A DNA stretch of 64,000 nucleotides from Clostridiales bacterium (GCA_015056485.1 SVGD01000005.1:19799-83798), one strand, 5' to 3'. Positions 20,606 through 33,293 are shown, counted from the stretch's first letter. Translations and numbers: made by a program. Notes: a model not told the origin generated them from the sequence alone.

Positions 20606-20611
20606 ATAAGT

Positions 20612-22333
20612 TTACAACTCAAATCTAGGATTAAATTCTTCAAGCCACATATTTAATTGAATTAAATATGCCATAAGTTGAGGGCCAGTCATTAATTGAC
20701 CAAACCATGGTTTTGAAAAGTTTTTACCATCAGTATTTAATATTTCAAAAACATAATCGTCATTAATTAAATTATGGATAGGTGATGATTTGTTTTCCAT
20801 TATTTCTAGTAACATATTTTTTACAACTTTTAAGTAAGTTGGATTATGTGTTTTAGGATATGGACTTTTTTTTCTTTCTATTATTTCTTTAGGAAGTAAT
20901 TTGTTCTTATCCATAATTAATCTTAATAATCCCTTTTCTCTACCATTTAAGGCTTTCATTTCCCAAGGAATATTCCATACATATTCTACCAACTTATAAT
21001 CGCAGAAAGGAACTCTAATTTCCAAACCATTACTCATTCTTTCAGCTCTATCTAAAAGTGTTTGCATAAACCAATTAAATGTTAAATGAGAGATTTTTCT
21101 AGAACGTTTAGTACTTTCAGAGTCATTATTTAAAAAAATAACTTCTGAAAGACTTTCATTATATCTATAATCAATATACTCTTTTAAATCTAGTTTTTTA
21201 CTTATTTCTGGATTTAAAATGTTTTGTCTTTCCAATGTTGCTAATGACCATGGAAAAGTATTAGAAGTTAATGAATTTTCATTAAAAAACCAAGGATATC
21301 CTCCAAAAACTTCATCAGCACATTCTCCAGAAAATGTGATAGGACATTCTTTTTTTATCTCTTTGCAAAAAAGAAGTAAAGAAGAATCTACATCTGCCAT
21401 TCCTGGATATCCTCTTAATAACATAGCTTCTTTTAAAGCTTTAGCAAGTTCAGGAGTATCTATAATAAATTTTTTATGAGATGTTTTATAGGTTTTTCTC
21501 ATAATGTCTATATAATAGTTATCTGAATTTGGTTGAAATTCACTTTTAACGAAATGCTTATCATTATCTAAGTAATCTACGGAAAAAGTTTTTAAAGGCA
21601 AGCAATTATTTTTTTCAATATTTTTATATGCATAGGCTGTCATTATGCTAGAATCTAATCCACCAGAGAGCATAGTACAAATGTTTTTTTCGTCTCCTAG
21701 TTGCTTATTGATGGCAGACTCCAATAGATAGGCAACATGAGCACAAGTAGTATCTAAATCATCTTGATGTTCTTTACTATCAAGTTTCCAATACTTATTA
21801 AAATGAATATCATTTTTATTAAATATTGAATAATGAGCAGGTTTTAATTCAAACACATCTTTAAAAGTGGTGAAACCAGGAGTGTGAGCGGGGCCAATTC
21901 CAAATATTTCTCCAATACTTTGTTCATTTAATATTGGAGTTAAATGAAATTCATCCAAAAGATTTTTTATACTTGAAGAAAAATATAAAACACGGTTTTC
22001 CATATAATAGTATAAAGGTTTTACTCCAAAATGGTCACGTGCTAAGAATAATTCTTCTTTCTTAGTATCCCAAATTGCAATAGAAAAAACTCCATCTAAA
22101 TAATTAACAATATCATAACCATATAAAATAAATAATTTTACTAGAATTTCTTCATCACTATTTGATTCTAACTTAAAATTGCTTTCAGTAAGAATATTTT
22201 TCAAATTAGTTTTATTATATAATCTACCTCTAAAAATAATAAAATATTTATTTGAAGAATAATTTATTTCAATAGATTCTTTAAAAAAACATTTATCATT
22301 TGCTTTAAAATCAACATAACCAGTAATAAACAT
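20612..22333 (-). CDS. asnB: Asparagine synthase (AsnB family) lacking the N-terminal catalytic Cys
   Basis: 573 aa. PP-loop MLSGGLDSSIM. The N-terminus reads MFITGYV where glutamine-hydrolysing AsnB has MCGI. Confidence 0.85.
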   Translation of the reverse strand: MFITGYVDFKANDKCFFKESIEINYSSNKYFIIFRGRLYNKTNLKNILTESNFKLESNSDEEILVKLFILYGYDIVNYLDGVFSIAIWDTKKEELFLARDHFGVKPLYYYMENRVLYFSSSIKNLLDEFHLTPILNEQSIGEIFGIGPAHTPGFTTFKDVFELKPAHYSIFNKNDIHFNKYWKLDSKEHQDDLDTTCAHVAYLLESAINKQLGDEKNICTMLSGGLDSSIMTAYAYKNIEKNNCLPLKTFSVDYLDNDKHFVKSEFQPNSDNYYIDIMRKTYKTSHKKFIIDTPELAKALKEAMLLRGYPGMADVDSSLLLFCKEIKKECPITFSGECADEVFGGYPWFFNENSLTSNTFPWSLATLERQNILNPEISKKLDLKEYIDYRYNESLSEVIFLNNDSESTKRSRKISHLTFNWFMQTLLDRAERMSNGLEIRVPFCDYKLVEYVWNIPWEMKALNGREKGLLRLIMDKNKLLPKEIIERKKSPYPKTHNPTYLKVVKNMLLEIMENKSSPIHNLINDDYVFEILNTDGKNFSKPWFGQLMTGPQLMAYLIQLNMWLEEFNPRFEL

Positions 22334-22370
22334 ACACCTCCAAAATATTTATATCAATAAATTTGTTGCA

Positions 22371-22537
22371 AACGTTGTAGGGGCGACCATTGGTCGTCCG
22401 CTCTTCGAAGAAATCTCTATTAATGCAAAATTAATAAATATAAAAATTTAAATTATAGAATAAAACAGCAAACATAAATTTATTATTTTAGGTATTCTTA
22501 TAAAGCACGGACGACCAATGGTCGCCCCTACAACGTT
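22371..22537. repeat. REPIN/MITE-like element: two inverted REP units flanking ~105 bp AT-rich DNA
   Basis: AACGTTGTAGGGGCGACCATTGGTCGTCCG ... CGGACGACCAATGGTCGCCCCTACAACGTT. Confidence 0.8.
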
Positions 22538-22600
22538 TAAAATAAATATTAATCATTTAACAATATTATATGAAAAAATAAAAAAATGTTGCAATTTTAT

Positions 22601-22629
22601 TTGACAACAATTATAAGTTATGGTAAAAT
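22601..22629 (+). promoter_or_regulatory. rplU operon promoter
   Basis: TTGACA, 17 nt with TGG, TAAAAT. Confidence 0.6.
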
Positions 22630-22635
22630 ATTCAT

Positions 22636-22738
22636 CTGTAAGCCGCATAAGTCGGGTTTTAAAGCTTATTTATATAATAAGCTACCTAGATTTTAATCTT
22701 AGCGAGTATTTAAAAGAAAGTGGAGGTGCTTCCAAAGT
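22636..22738 (+). promoter_or_regulatory. Structured 5' leader of rplU (possible L21-leader type)
   Basis: ~100 nt between promoter and RBS, with hairpins (AAGCTTATTTATATAATAAGCT). Firmicute rplU operons commonly carry an L21 leader. The motif was not verified. Confidence 0.35.
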
Positions 22739-23095
22739 ATGTACGCAATAGTTGAAGCTTGTGGAAAGCAATATAAAGTAGAAAAAGGAGACGTAGTATT
22801 TTTTGAAAAATTAGATACTGATGAAGGAAAAAAAATTACATTTGATAAAGTAGTTTTAGTATCTGATGAAAAAGATACTAAAATTGGAAATCCTTATGTA
22901 AAAGGTGTAAAAGTAGAAGGAAAAGTTGTTTCTCATGGTAAAGCTAAAAAAATTATAGTGTTCAAAATGAAACCTAAAAAGAATGAAAGAAAGAAACAAG
23001 GACATAGACAACCTTATACAAAAGTTGAAATAACAGCTATTAAAACTGCTAGTGAAAAGAAAGAAACAGCAGCTAAAAAAGAAGAAACAAAATAA
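22739..23095 (+). CDS. rplU: 50S ribosomal protein L21 (Lys-rich C-terminal tail)
   Basis: [25 protein letters not shown]. Confidence 0.95.
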   Translation: MYAIVEACGKQYKVEKGDVVFFEKLDTDEGKKITFDKVVLVSDEKDTKIGNPYVKGVKVEGKVVSHGKAKKIIVFKMKPKKNERKKQGHRQPYTKVEITAIKTASEKKETAAKKEETK

Positions 23096-23142
23096 GGTTA
23101 TAGAGAAAATTAAAAAAAGAATTTCAAGAGAGGTGAAAATAA

Positions 23143-23403
23143 ATGGCACATAAAAAAGGTCAAGGTAGTGTTAAAAACGGAAGAGACAGTGAGTCTAAAC
23201 GTTTAGGTGTGAAAAGAGCAGACGGAGAATTCGTTTTAGCAGGAAATATATTAGTAAGACAAAGAGGAACAAAAATATATCCAGGAACAAATGTTGATAT
23301 CGGTAGTGATGACACATTATATGCATTAATCGATGGAACAGTTAAATTTGAAAGAAAAGGTAGAGACAAAAAACAAGTAAGTGTTTACCCAGTAGCAGAA
23401 TAA
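23143..23403 (+). CDS. rpmA: 50S ribosomal protein L27 (no N-terminal propeptide)
   Basis: [24 protein letters not shown]. Only 47 nt separate it from rplU, so there is no prp/ysxB gene. Confidence 0.95.
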   Translation: MAHKKGQGSVKNGRDSESKRLGVKRADGEFVLAGNILVRQRGTKIYPGTNVDIGSDDTLYALIDGTVKFERKGRDKKQVSVYPVAE

Positions 23404-23467
23404 TAAATTAAAACTCTTCAAGAAATTGGAGAGTTTTTTTATATAAAAGTTTGTTTTTTGATATGTT

Positions 23468-23545
23468 TAGGGGTCGCCGTGGGCGATGACCCCTACAAAT
23501 GTAATTTAATGTTATATGTAGGGGCAGACGCCCACGGCTGCCCTA
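23468..23545. repeat. REP doublet
   Basis: TAGGGGTCGCCGTGGGCGATGACCCCTAC, 21 nt, GTAGGGGCAGACGCCCACGGCTGCCCTA. Confidence 0.75.
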
Positions 23546-23630
23546 TATAATTAAAGGTCGCATTTTATAGTTGTAATAACTCAAAAAATACGATATAATA
23601 TATAAATGAATTTTGGAAGGGGAAATTTTT

Positions 23631-25905
<2,275 letters not shown>

Positions 25906-25919
25906 AAAAAGTGAGCCCC

Positions 25920-26120
25920 TTAGGGGGGCTCTTTTTGATTGCTATACATCTTGCCGTTGATACAAACCTTAGGCAAGTTTAATGCTGCTGCAATAATATC
26001 CGCGTTGTATACGGCCAATCTATCGGTAAAGATGTGTAATACACCGTTATAGCTGTAAACACCTACTCTGCCAGAACCATAATCCCGAAGAACTTTGCGT
26101 GCGCATTCTTTTGTACTCAT
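25920..26120 (-). CDS. Hypothetical 66-aa protein in a small G+C-richer islet
   Basis: GGAGAG RBS 9 nt before the ATG. Composition unlike the neighbours. Contains an in-frame CTT CGG GAT. The 3' end overlaps the hairpin GAGCCCCTTAGGGGGGCTC shared with obg. Confidence 0.45.
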   Translation of the reverse strand: MSTKECARKVLRDYGSGRVGVYSYNGVLHIFTDRLAVYNADIIAAALNLPKVCINGKMYSNQKEPP

Positions 26121-26241
26121 TATGCAATCTCTCCTAATATTTTATTTTCAAAGCAACTTGCTTTGAATTAGGAACTACATTGTAACACCGTTTAATATAA
26201 AAATCAAGGAAATATTAAAAATAACAAATTATAATTTGTAT

Positions 26242-26335
26242 GAGAAGTGTGACGTGGGACGTGGGAAGTGCGAAATTTAAAAAATTAGGAACCATAGCTC
26301 TAAAATCACACATCACACTTCGCACTTCTCACATC
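26242..26335. repeat. Heptamer-repeat hairpin
   Basis: GAGAAGTGTGACGTGGGACGTGGGAAGTGCGA ... TCACACATCACACTTCGCACTTCTCACATC. Confidence 0.75.
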
Positions 26336-26379
26336 GAAATTACAATTTATATTATTTCTAAAAAATAAACCTAAAAACA

Positions 26380-26391
26380 AAACTTTTGTTT
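26380..26391. promoter_or_regulatory. Possible LexA (Cheo-type) operator overlapping the lexA -35
   Basis: AAAC-TTTT-GTTT palindrome, an AT-shifted form of GAAC-N4-GTTC. Promoter is TTGACA 26390..26395, 17 nt, TAACAT 26413..26418. Confidence 0.35.
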
Positions 26392-26440
26392 GACAAACGA
26401 AAAGGTATATGATAACATATAACCAAATAAATTTTCGGGA

Positions 26441-27103
26441 GTGATTATATTGAAAAGAAATGAGCCAAAGGAATTAAATAAAAGAGAAGAAGCGATACTT
26501 AAATTTATTGAAAAACAAATAAAAGAAAATGGATATCCACCATCAGTTAGAGAAATAGGAAAAGCAGTAGGTTTAAGCTCTACAGCTACAGTTCATAGTT
26601 ATATAGCAAAACTTACACAAAAAGGATATATAAAAAAAGAAGACCAAAAAGGTAGAACATTAAAGGTATTAAAAGGTGGTCTTGGTGATGATAAAAAAAG
26701 TTCAGATAAACCAATTTATAACGGTAGAGAATTAGTGGATGTTCCTGTTATAGGAAAAATTACAGCAGGTGCACCTATTTTAGCTGTTGAAAATATAACA
26801 GATACATTTCCAATTCCAATTGATTTTGTTGGAAATAGTGAAAGTTTCATGTTAACTGTACGTGGAGAAAGTATGATAGAGGCAGGAATATTAGACGGAG
26901 ATTATATTCTAGTAAAAAAACAAAATACTGCAAGAAATGGTGAAATTGTAGTTGCATTAATTGGAGATGAAGCAACAGTTAAAACATTTTATAAAGAAAG
27001 TGACCATATACGTTTGCAACCAGAAAACAGTACAATGGACCCGATAATAGTTCCGGATTGTAAGATATTAGGGAAAGTTGGTGGAGTATTTAGAAAGTTG
27101 TAA
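26441..27103 (+). CDS. lexA: SOS repressor LexA
   Basis: Winged HTH ([23 protein letters not shown]), Ala-Gly cleavage region (ITAGAP), S24 peptidase motif ([14 protein letters not shown]...K). The start may be TTG at 26450. Confidence 0.9.
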   Translation: MIILKRNEPKELNKREEAILKFIEKQIKENGYPPSVREIGKAVGLSSTATVHSYIAKLTQKGYIKKEDQKGRTLKVLKGGLGDDKKSSDKPIYNGRELVDVPVIGKITAGAPILAVENITDTFPIPIDFVGNSESFMLTVRGESMIEAGILDGDYILVKKQNTARNGEIVVALIGDEATVKTFYKESDHIRLQPENSTMDPIIVPDCKILGKVGGVFRKL

Positions 27104-27107
27104 AAAT

Positions 27108-27222
27108 AAATGAAAAGCGGCATCTTGCGTCGTTAAAATTAAAACAAGAATCCTCAATGTGCACAAAGCACACCTGCGGTTCTTGTTTTAATTTTGCCTA
27201 GCAATATACTACTTTTGATTTG
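27108..27222 (+). repeat. ~120-nt three-tier hairpin element, copy 1
   Basis: AAATGAAAAGCGGCATCTTGCGTCG...GTGCACAAAGCAC...ACTACTTTTGATTT. Homologous to 54691 and 59856. Confidence 0.7.
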
Positions 27223-27248
27223 CTTTTTTATAAATTTTAAATTAGAGT

Positions 27249-27473
27249 GTAGGGGCGGCTATTAGCCGTCCGCACTACAAAGAACTTGCTAAAAAATAAA
27301 TAAAACAAACATAAGCTAAAATATTAATTTTTGAAAATGAATTACTCATTTGTCAAAAATTAATTATTTTAGCTTTTTAAAATTTTGCTGAAATTGTGTT
27401 TGGAATTTGGTAGTTGGTAATTGGATGTATATGGTAAGCCCTAGAAGTGCGGACGGCTACTAGCCGCCCCTAC
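27249..27473. repeat. Composite MITE-like element bounded by inverted REP units
   Basis: GTAGGGGCGGCTATTAGCCGTCCGCAC ... GTGCGGACGGCTACTAGCCGCCCCTAC. The interior holds the 85-bp AT-rich palindrome (27313..27393) and a heptamer arm (27397..27424). Confidence 0.75.
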
Positions 27474-27561
27474 AACGTTTGCAATCAATTCATCCATACA
27501 ATTTAAAACATGCATAAATATTTTAAACAAACTAATACTATATTTTAGAGGTGAATTATTT

Positions 27562-27708
27562 ATGCAAATAGATAAAAGAGTTTCAAAAAGAGAAGATATG
27601 ACAAAATATGGAGAATTTGTATGTTCAGCTTTTCATTGGCTTCCAATTGAACAACAAAAAAAGAAAGCAAAAAAAATGGCTGATATGACTAAAAACAAGA
27701 AGGATTAA
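27562..27708 (+). CDS. Hypothetical 48-aa protein, not in ORF track
   Basis: AGAGGTGA RBS. MQIDKRVSKREDMTKYGEFVCSAFHWLPIEQQKKKAKKMADMTKNKKD. Confidence 0.4.
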   Translation: MQIDKRVSKREDMTKYGEFVCSAFHWLPIEQQKKKAKKMADMTKNKKD

Positions 27709-27801
27709 ATTTTTATAAAAAAAAGTAATAATATTTTACCTTCCATAATATACATGTATTAAAGTTAGTACAAACGTTATTATTGGGAGGTAATTATTTT
27801 T

Positions 27802-29280
27802 ATGGAAAATTTGGAGATATATGAGGATATCGCGAATCGTACTGATGGAGATATATATGTTGGTGTTGTTGGTCCAGTAAGGACAGGTAAATCTACATTT
27901 ATTAAAAATTTTATGGATTTATTAGTTTTACCAAATATTGAAAATACATATAAAAAAGAACGTGCAAGAGATGAACTACCACAAAGTGCAGCAGGTAGAA
28001 CTATAATGACTACTGAGCCTAAATTTGTTCCTAATGAAGCTATTGAAATTACAGTAGGAGAGAATTTAAAATTAAAAACTCGCTTAGTAGATTGTGTCGG
28101 ATATTTAATTAATAATGCATTAGGACATATGGAAGGAGAAGTTCCAAGAATGGTAAGAACACCATGGTCTGATACGGAAATACCATTTGAAGAAGCCGCA
28201 GAGATTGGAACTAAAAGAGTTATAACTGAACATTCAACAATTGGAATTTTAGTGACTACAGATGGAAGTATAACAGAAATACCAAGAGCTGATTATATAG
28301 AGGCTGAAGAAAGAGTAGTAAAAGAATTAAAACAAATGAATAAACCTTTTGTTATAGTTTTAAATACCGCACAGCCTTATTCAGATGATACAAAAAGATT
28401 AGCTTTAGATTTAGAAAATCAATATGGTGTATCTGTAATACCAACAGATTGTACTAATTTGAATATAGAAGATGTTAATGATATATTTGGCAAAATATTA
28501 TATGAATTTCCAGTTGAAAGAATAAATTTAAACTTCCCAGGTTGGGTTGACGGCTTAAATGATAATCATAATTTAAAACAAGAATTATATGGTAAAGTAA
28601 TAGATTCTTTTAAAGATACTTTAGCTATTAAACATATAGATTCAGGATTAAAAAGACTTACTTCATCAGAAATAATAAATAGTACAATAATAGATGAAAT
28701 CAATTTAGGAAATGGAGCTGTTACAGTAAGAATTGCACTAAAAGATGATTTGTTCTACAATGTTTTAACTGAAATAACTGGGGTAGAAATATCAAATGAA
28801 GCGGATTTATTCTCAACAATTGCAAATCTTTCAAGAGCTAAAAAAGAATACGATAAAATAGAAATGGCGCTTCAGGAGGTAAAACAAAAGGGATATGGAA
28901 TTGTTACACCAAGTATGGAAGAACTTATATTAGATGAGCCAGAAATGGTAAAACAAGGTTCAAGATTTGGGGTTAAATTACGCGCTAAGGCTCCGTCAAT
29001 TCACTTAATAAAAGCCGAAATAGAGACTGAAGTTTCGCCAATAGTTGGTAGTGAAAAACAATCTGAAGAATTAGTTAATTATTTGCTTTCAGAATTTGAA
29101 AATGACCCAATAAAAATATGGGAATCAAATATTTTCGGAAAAAATTTACATGAACTTGTAAATGAAGGATTACAAAATAAACTTGCTAAAATGCCAGAAG
29201 ATGCACAAGGAAAATTACAAGAAACTTTAGAAAGAATAATCAACGAAGGAAGCGGAGGACTTATTTGTATTATACTATAA
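27802..29280 (+). CDS. spoIVA: Stage IV sporulation protein A
   Basis: 492 aa. N-terminal Walker A GVVGPVRTGKSTFIK. Length and sequence pattern are characteristic of SpoIVA. Confidence 0.9.
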   Translation: MENLEIYEDIANRTDGDIYVGVVGPVRTGKSTFIKNFMDLLVLPNIENTYKKERARDELPQSAAGRTIMTTEPKFVPNEAIEITVGENLKLKTRLVDCVGYLINNALGHMEGEVPRMVRTPWSDTEIPFEEAAEIGTKRVITEHSTIGILVTTDGSITEIPRADYIEAEERVVKELKQMNKPFVIVLNTAQPYSDDTKRLALDLENQYGVSVIPTDCTNLNIEDVNDIFGKILYEFPVERINLNFPGWVDGLNDNHNLKQELYGKVIDSFKDTLAIKHIDSGLKRLTSSEIINSTIIDEINLGNGAVTVRIALKDDLFYNVLTEITGVEISNEADLFSTIANLSRAKKEYDKIEMALQEVKQKGYGIVTPSMEELILDEPEMVKQGSRFGVKLRAKAPSIHLIKAEIETEVSPIVGSEKQSEELVNYLLSEFENDPIKIWESNIFGKNLHELVNEGLQNKLAKMPEDAQGKLQETLERIINEGSGGLICIIL

Positions 29281-29316
29281 TAAAAAACAGGGTTAACATT
29301 AACCCTGTTTTTATTA

Positions 29317-29871
29317 TTAGATTTCCATTTGGCTACTTAAAAATCCAGCAGCGGATTGAACTACTTTTAATTCAGTTTCTCCCATTTTAGTATTTTGTTG
29401 TTTAGAAAGTAATATAACACTACCAATAACATCTCCATCTGAAATAATTGGATATATAACTTGAGAATTAAATCTTTTTTCTTTAGAATCATTTTGTGTT
29501 ATAGGTAATGCAAGTTCATTATTTTCTTTGCTAGTATAAACTTCTTTATTTTCCATAACTTTTTCAAGTTCAGGACTTAATGATTGCTCCAAATATTCTT
29601 TTTTTGAACCACCTGAAACTGCAATTACAGAATCTTTATCTGTGATACAAGCTATATGACCAGTTGTTCTTGAAAGTGTTTCTGCATAACCTGTTGCAAA
29701 TTCAGAAAGTTCTCCAATCGGAGAATATTTTTTTAATATAATTTCTCCTTCTTTATCAGTAAATATTTCTAAAGGGTCTCCTTCTTTTATACGTAAGGTT
29801 TTTCTTATCTCTTTAGGAACGACTATTCTACCTAAATCATCTATTCTTCTAACTACACCAGTTGCTTTCAA
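29317..29871 (-). CDS. spoVT: Stage V sporulation protein T (AbrB-family regulator with GAF-like C-domain)
   Basis: MKATGVVRRIDDLGRIVVPKEIRKTLRIKEGDPLEIF SpoVT/AbrB swapped-hairpin domain. 184 aa. Confidence 0.85.
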   Translation of the reverse strand: MKATGVVRRIDDLGRIVVPKEIRKTLRIKEGDPLEIFTDKEGEIILKKYSPIGELSEFATGYAETLSRTTGHIACITDKDSVIAVSGGSKKEYLEQSLSPELEKVMENKEVYTSKENNELALPITQNDSKEKRFNSQVIYPIISDGDVIGSVILLSKQQNTKMGETELKVVQSAAGFLSSQMEI

Positions 29872-29986
29872 TTTTTTACCTCCTTTTAATTTTTTATCTA
29901 AAAATAGTATTTGTTTGGAAAAAATTTTTATGCATTAATTTGACAAAAAATTAATGCATAAAAAATAAAATCTTTATTTTATTTTT

Positions 29987-30088
29987 TGTATTTGGTAGTT
30001 AGATTTTGGTAGTTGGTAATTATGGATTAAAAAATATTAAAATAAAATTTTAATTTCTAAACTCCAAACTCCAAATTCTAAATACAAA
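29987..30088. repeat. Heptamer-repeat hairpin, TTTGGTA/TCCAAAY variant
   Basis: TTTGGTA GTTAGAT TTTGGTA GTTGGTA ... TCTAAAC TCCAAAC TCCAAAT TCTAAAT. Confidence 0.75.
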
Positions 30089-30162
30089 GAAAAATCTCAA
30101 ATCCACTTGTAAATATAAGGAATAATTTGTATAATAATACGGTAAAGAATTAGGAGGATATT

Positions 30163-31932
30163 ATGAATAATATAAATTTAAAAGAAAAATATTTAAACTT
30201 TTTTGAAAAAAAAGGACATAAAATTATTCCAAGTGCGCCAATCATTCCAGAAAATGACCCAACTTGTCTATTTAATACTGCAGGAATGCAACCATTGGTA
30301 CCATATTTAAAAGGAGAAACACATCCTGAAGGAAATAGGTTGGCAGATGTTCAAAAATGTTTTAGAACAAATGACTTAGATTCAATAGGTGATAAAACAC
30401 ATCATACATTTTTTGAAATGTTAGGAAACTGGTCTTTAGGTGATTACTTTAAAAAGGAATCAATTGCATGGAGTTTTGAATTACTAACAAAAGAATTAAA
30501 TATACCTGTTGAAAAATTGGCTGTAACGGTTTTTAAAGGAAACGAAATAGTTCCGGCAGATAATGAATCAGCAGATATGTGGCAAGAATTAGGTATAAAA
30601 AAAGAAAGAATTGCATTTTTAGGAGAAGAAAATAACTGGTGGCCAAACATGGAAATGCTAGGACCATGTGGACCTGATACAGAAATTTTCTATTGGAGAA
30701 GTGAAGAACAAGTTCCCAAAAAATTTGAACCAGAAGATGATAATTGGGTAGAAATTTGGAATAATGTTTTTATGCAATACAACCATGAGCAAGATGGAAC
30801 ATTTTCTCCTTTAAAAAATAAAAATGTAGATACAGGATTAGGAGTAGAAAGAGTAACTGCAATATTAGAAGGAGTTACAGATAATTATAAATCTTCAATT
30901 TGGAGAGATGTAATTGAAAAAATCGAAGATATATCAAAACTAAATTATGATGAAGAAAAATATACAAGAAGCATGAGAATTATTGCAGACCATATAAGAG
31001 CTATAGTTATGATTAGCGGAGACGATGCAGGAATTAAACCATCAAATACTGACCAAGGATATATTTTAAGAAGATTAATTAGAAGAACTATTAGATATGC
31101 AAAAAATTTAAATATAGATATAAATACGAATTGGGAACAAGAATTAGCCGAATTAATTATAAATAAATATAGTAAATATTATTCAGAACTTGAAAAAAAT
31201 AAAGAAGTAATATTAGAAGTTTTAAATAATGAGAAAATAAAATTTAATAGAACATTAGAAAAAGGTTTAAGAGAATTTGAAAAAATTACAAGTAATTTAG
31301 AAGATGATTTGATAAATAAAGATTTAGCATTTAGATTATATGATACATATGGATTTCCTATAGAACTTACAGAAGAGTTAGCAAGTGAAAAAGGATTAAA
31401 AGTAGATACTGAAGGATTTAAACAAAAATTTAAAGAGCATCAAGAAAAATCTAGAGCAGGTTCTGAACAAAAATTTAAAGGTGGATTAGCCTCAACAGGA
31501 GAAATGGAAACTAAATATCATACAGCAACTCATTTATTAAATGCAGCATTAAAACAAGTATTAGGAGACCATGTTCACCAAAAGGGAAGTAATATTACAG
31601 CAGAAAGAATGAGATTTGATTTTTCACATGATGCAAAAATGACAGACGAAGAAAAACTAAAAGTAGAAAGCTTAGTTAATGAATATATAAAAATGGCAAT
31701 ACCAGTAGAAAAAATGGAAATGAAAAAAGAAGAAGCAATATCTCTTGGAGCAGAAGCTATGTTTATAGATAAATATGGAGATATAGTTACTGTATATAAG
31801 ATAGGAGATGTTTCAATAGAGCTTTGCGGAGGACCTCATGTAGGAAGTACATCAGAATTAGGGACATTCAAAATAAAAAAAGAAGAAGCATCATCCGCAG
31901 GAGTAAGACGTATAAAGGCAGTATTACAATAA
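30163..31932 (+). CDS. alaS: Alanyl-tRNA synthetase, short form (589 aa, no C-Ala domain)
   Basis: FNTAGMQPLVPY, FFEMLGNWSLGDYFK, editing-domain HTATHLLNAAL and CGGPHV. Ends right after GVRRIKAVLQ. Confidence 0.85.
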   Translation: MNNINLKEKYLNFFEKKGHKIIPSAPIIPENDPTCLFNTAGMQPLVPYLKGETHPEGNRLADVQKCFRTNDLDSIGDKTHHTFFEMLGNWSLGDYFKKESIAWSFELLTKELNIPVEKLAVTVFKGNEIVPADNESADMWQELGIKKERIAFLGEENNWWPNMEMLGPCGPDTEIFYWRSEEQVPKKFEPEDDNWVEIWNNVFMQYNHEQDGTFSPLKNKNVDTGLGVERVTAILEGVTDNYKSSIWRDVIEKIEDISKLNYDEEKYTRSMRIIADHIRAIVMISGDDAGIKPSNTDQGYILRRLIRRTIRYAKNLNIDINTNWEQELAELIINKYSKYYSELEKNKEVILEVLNNEKIKFNRTLEKGLREFEKITSNLEDDLINKDLAFRLYDTYGFPIELTEELASEKGLKVDTEGFKQKFKEHQEKSRAGSEQKFKGGLASTGEMETKYHTATHLLNAALKQVLGDHVHQKGSNITAERMRFDFSHDAKMTDEEKLKVESLVNEYIKMAIPVEKMEMKKEEAISLGAEAMFIDKYGDIVTVYKIGDVSIELCGGPHVGSTSELGTFKIKKEEASSAGVRRIKAVLQ

Positions 31933-31940
31933 GAATTTTT

Positions 31941-32402
<462 letters not shown>

Positions 32403-32459
32403 ACATAGTATTTTGAGAAAAAATATGCTATAATATAGATTGTTCAAGGAGGAGATAAT

Positions 32460-33143
32460 ATGGCATCTAATAAATATGGTAAAATTTTAACAATTATATT
32501 AATAATTTTAGTTATAGCAATTTTAGGAATAGTAGGATTTATAATATATTCTTTAGTAATAAAACCATATAAAGATAATGAAAATATTGAGCAGGCAATG
32601 GCTCAATTTGATTCAACTATTACAGGAGAAGGGGCAGAAAGAGAAAATGTTATTGGAAAAGAAAGTACAAATGAAATTGAACTTACTAACAATATCTCTA
32701 CAGGAAACAGTGGCTCAGGAGGGGGAAGGTCAAAAACATATTATAATGGATATGTAATGTTAGGATATATTGAAATTCCAAAAACAAAGATAAAATATCC
32801 AATAATACAAGATACAACGGTTAAAGCTTTAGAAACAGCTGTTGCTGCGTTATATCCAACAAATGCGGTTTTAAATTCACCAGGGAATATAGTCATAATC
32901 GGTCATAATTATAGAAATGGAAAATTTTTTTCCAATAATAAAAATTTATCTGTAGGAGATAAAATTTATATAACAGGTAATGATGGGAAAGTAGAATATC
33001 TTATATATCAAATATTTGAAGCTGCTCCAACAGACACAAGTTTTTATGGAAGAGATACAGGTGGAGTTCCAGAAATAACTTTATCAACATGTACAGATGA
33101 TGTAAATGCGAGATTAATAATTCTTGCAAAAGCAAATATTTAA
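32460..33143 (+). CDS. Sortase (membrane-anchored transpeptidase)
   Basis: N-terminal TM, GHNYRNGKFFS, catalytic TLSTCT motif. Confidence 0.85.
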   Translation: MASNKYGKILTIILIILVIAILGIVGFIIYSLVIKPYKDNENIEQAMAQFDSTITGEGAERENVIGKESTNEIELTNNISTGNSGSGGGRSKTYYNGYVMLGYIEIPKTKIKYPIIQDTTVKALETAVAALYPTNAVLNSPGNIVIIGHNYRNGKFFSNNKNLSVGDKIYITGNDGKVEYLIYQIFEAAPTDTSFYGRDTGGVPEITLSTCTDDVNARLIILAKANI

Positions 33144-33215
33144 AAATATTTTTACAAAAACCATTGACAAATCGTATAATATTATTTAAAATATTATACG
33201 TGACTTTTGAAAAAT

Positions 33216-33293
33216 GGTGGATGTAGCTCAGTTGGTTAGAGCGCTGGTTTGTGGCACCAGAGGCCGTGGGTTCAAGTCCCATCTTCCACCCCA
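33216..33293 (+). tRNA. tRNA-His (GTG), CCA encoded
   Basis: Cloverleaf with extra 5' G(-1). Anticodon loop TTGTGGC between stems CTGGT/ACCAG. T-loop GGTTCAAGTCC. Confidence 0.9.

Noticed and set aside
19814-20610. The four repeated structured units read as T-box leaders or tandem riboswitches
   Set aside because: There is no T-box 14-mer or specifier-loop architecture. Each unit has its own promoter and a full terminator. No downstream + strand gene exists, because asnB converges. They are better explained as stand-alone small RNAs.
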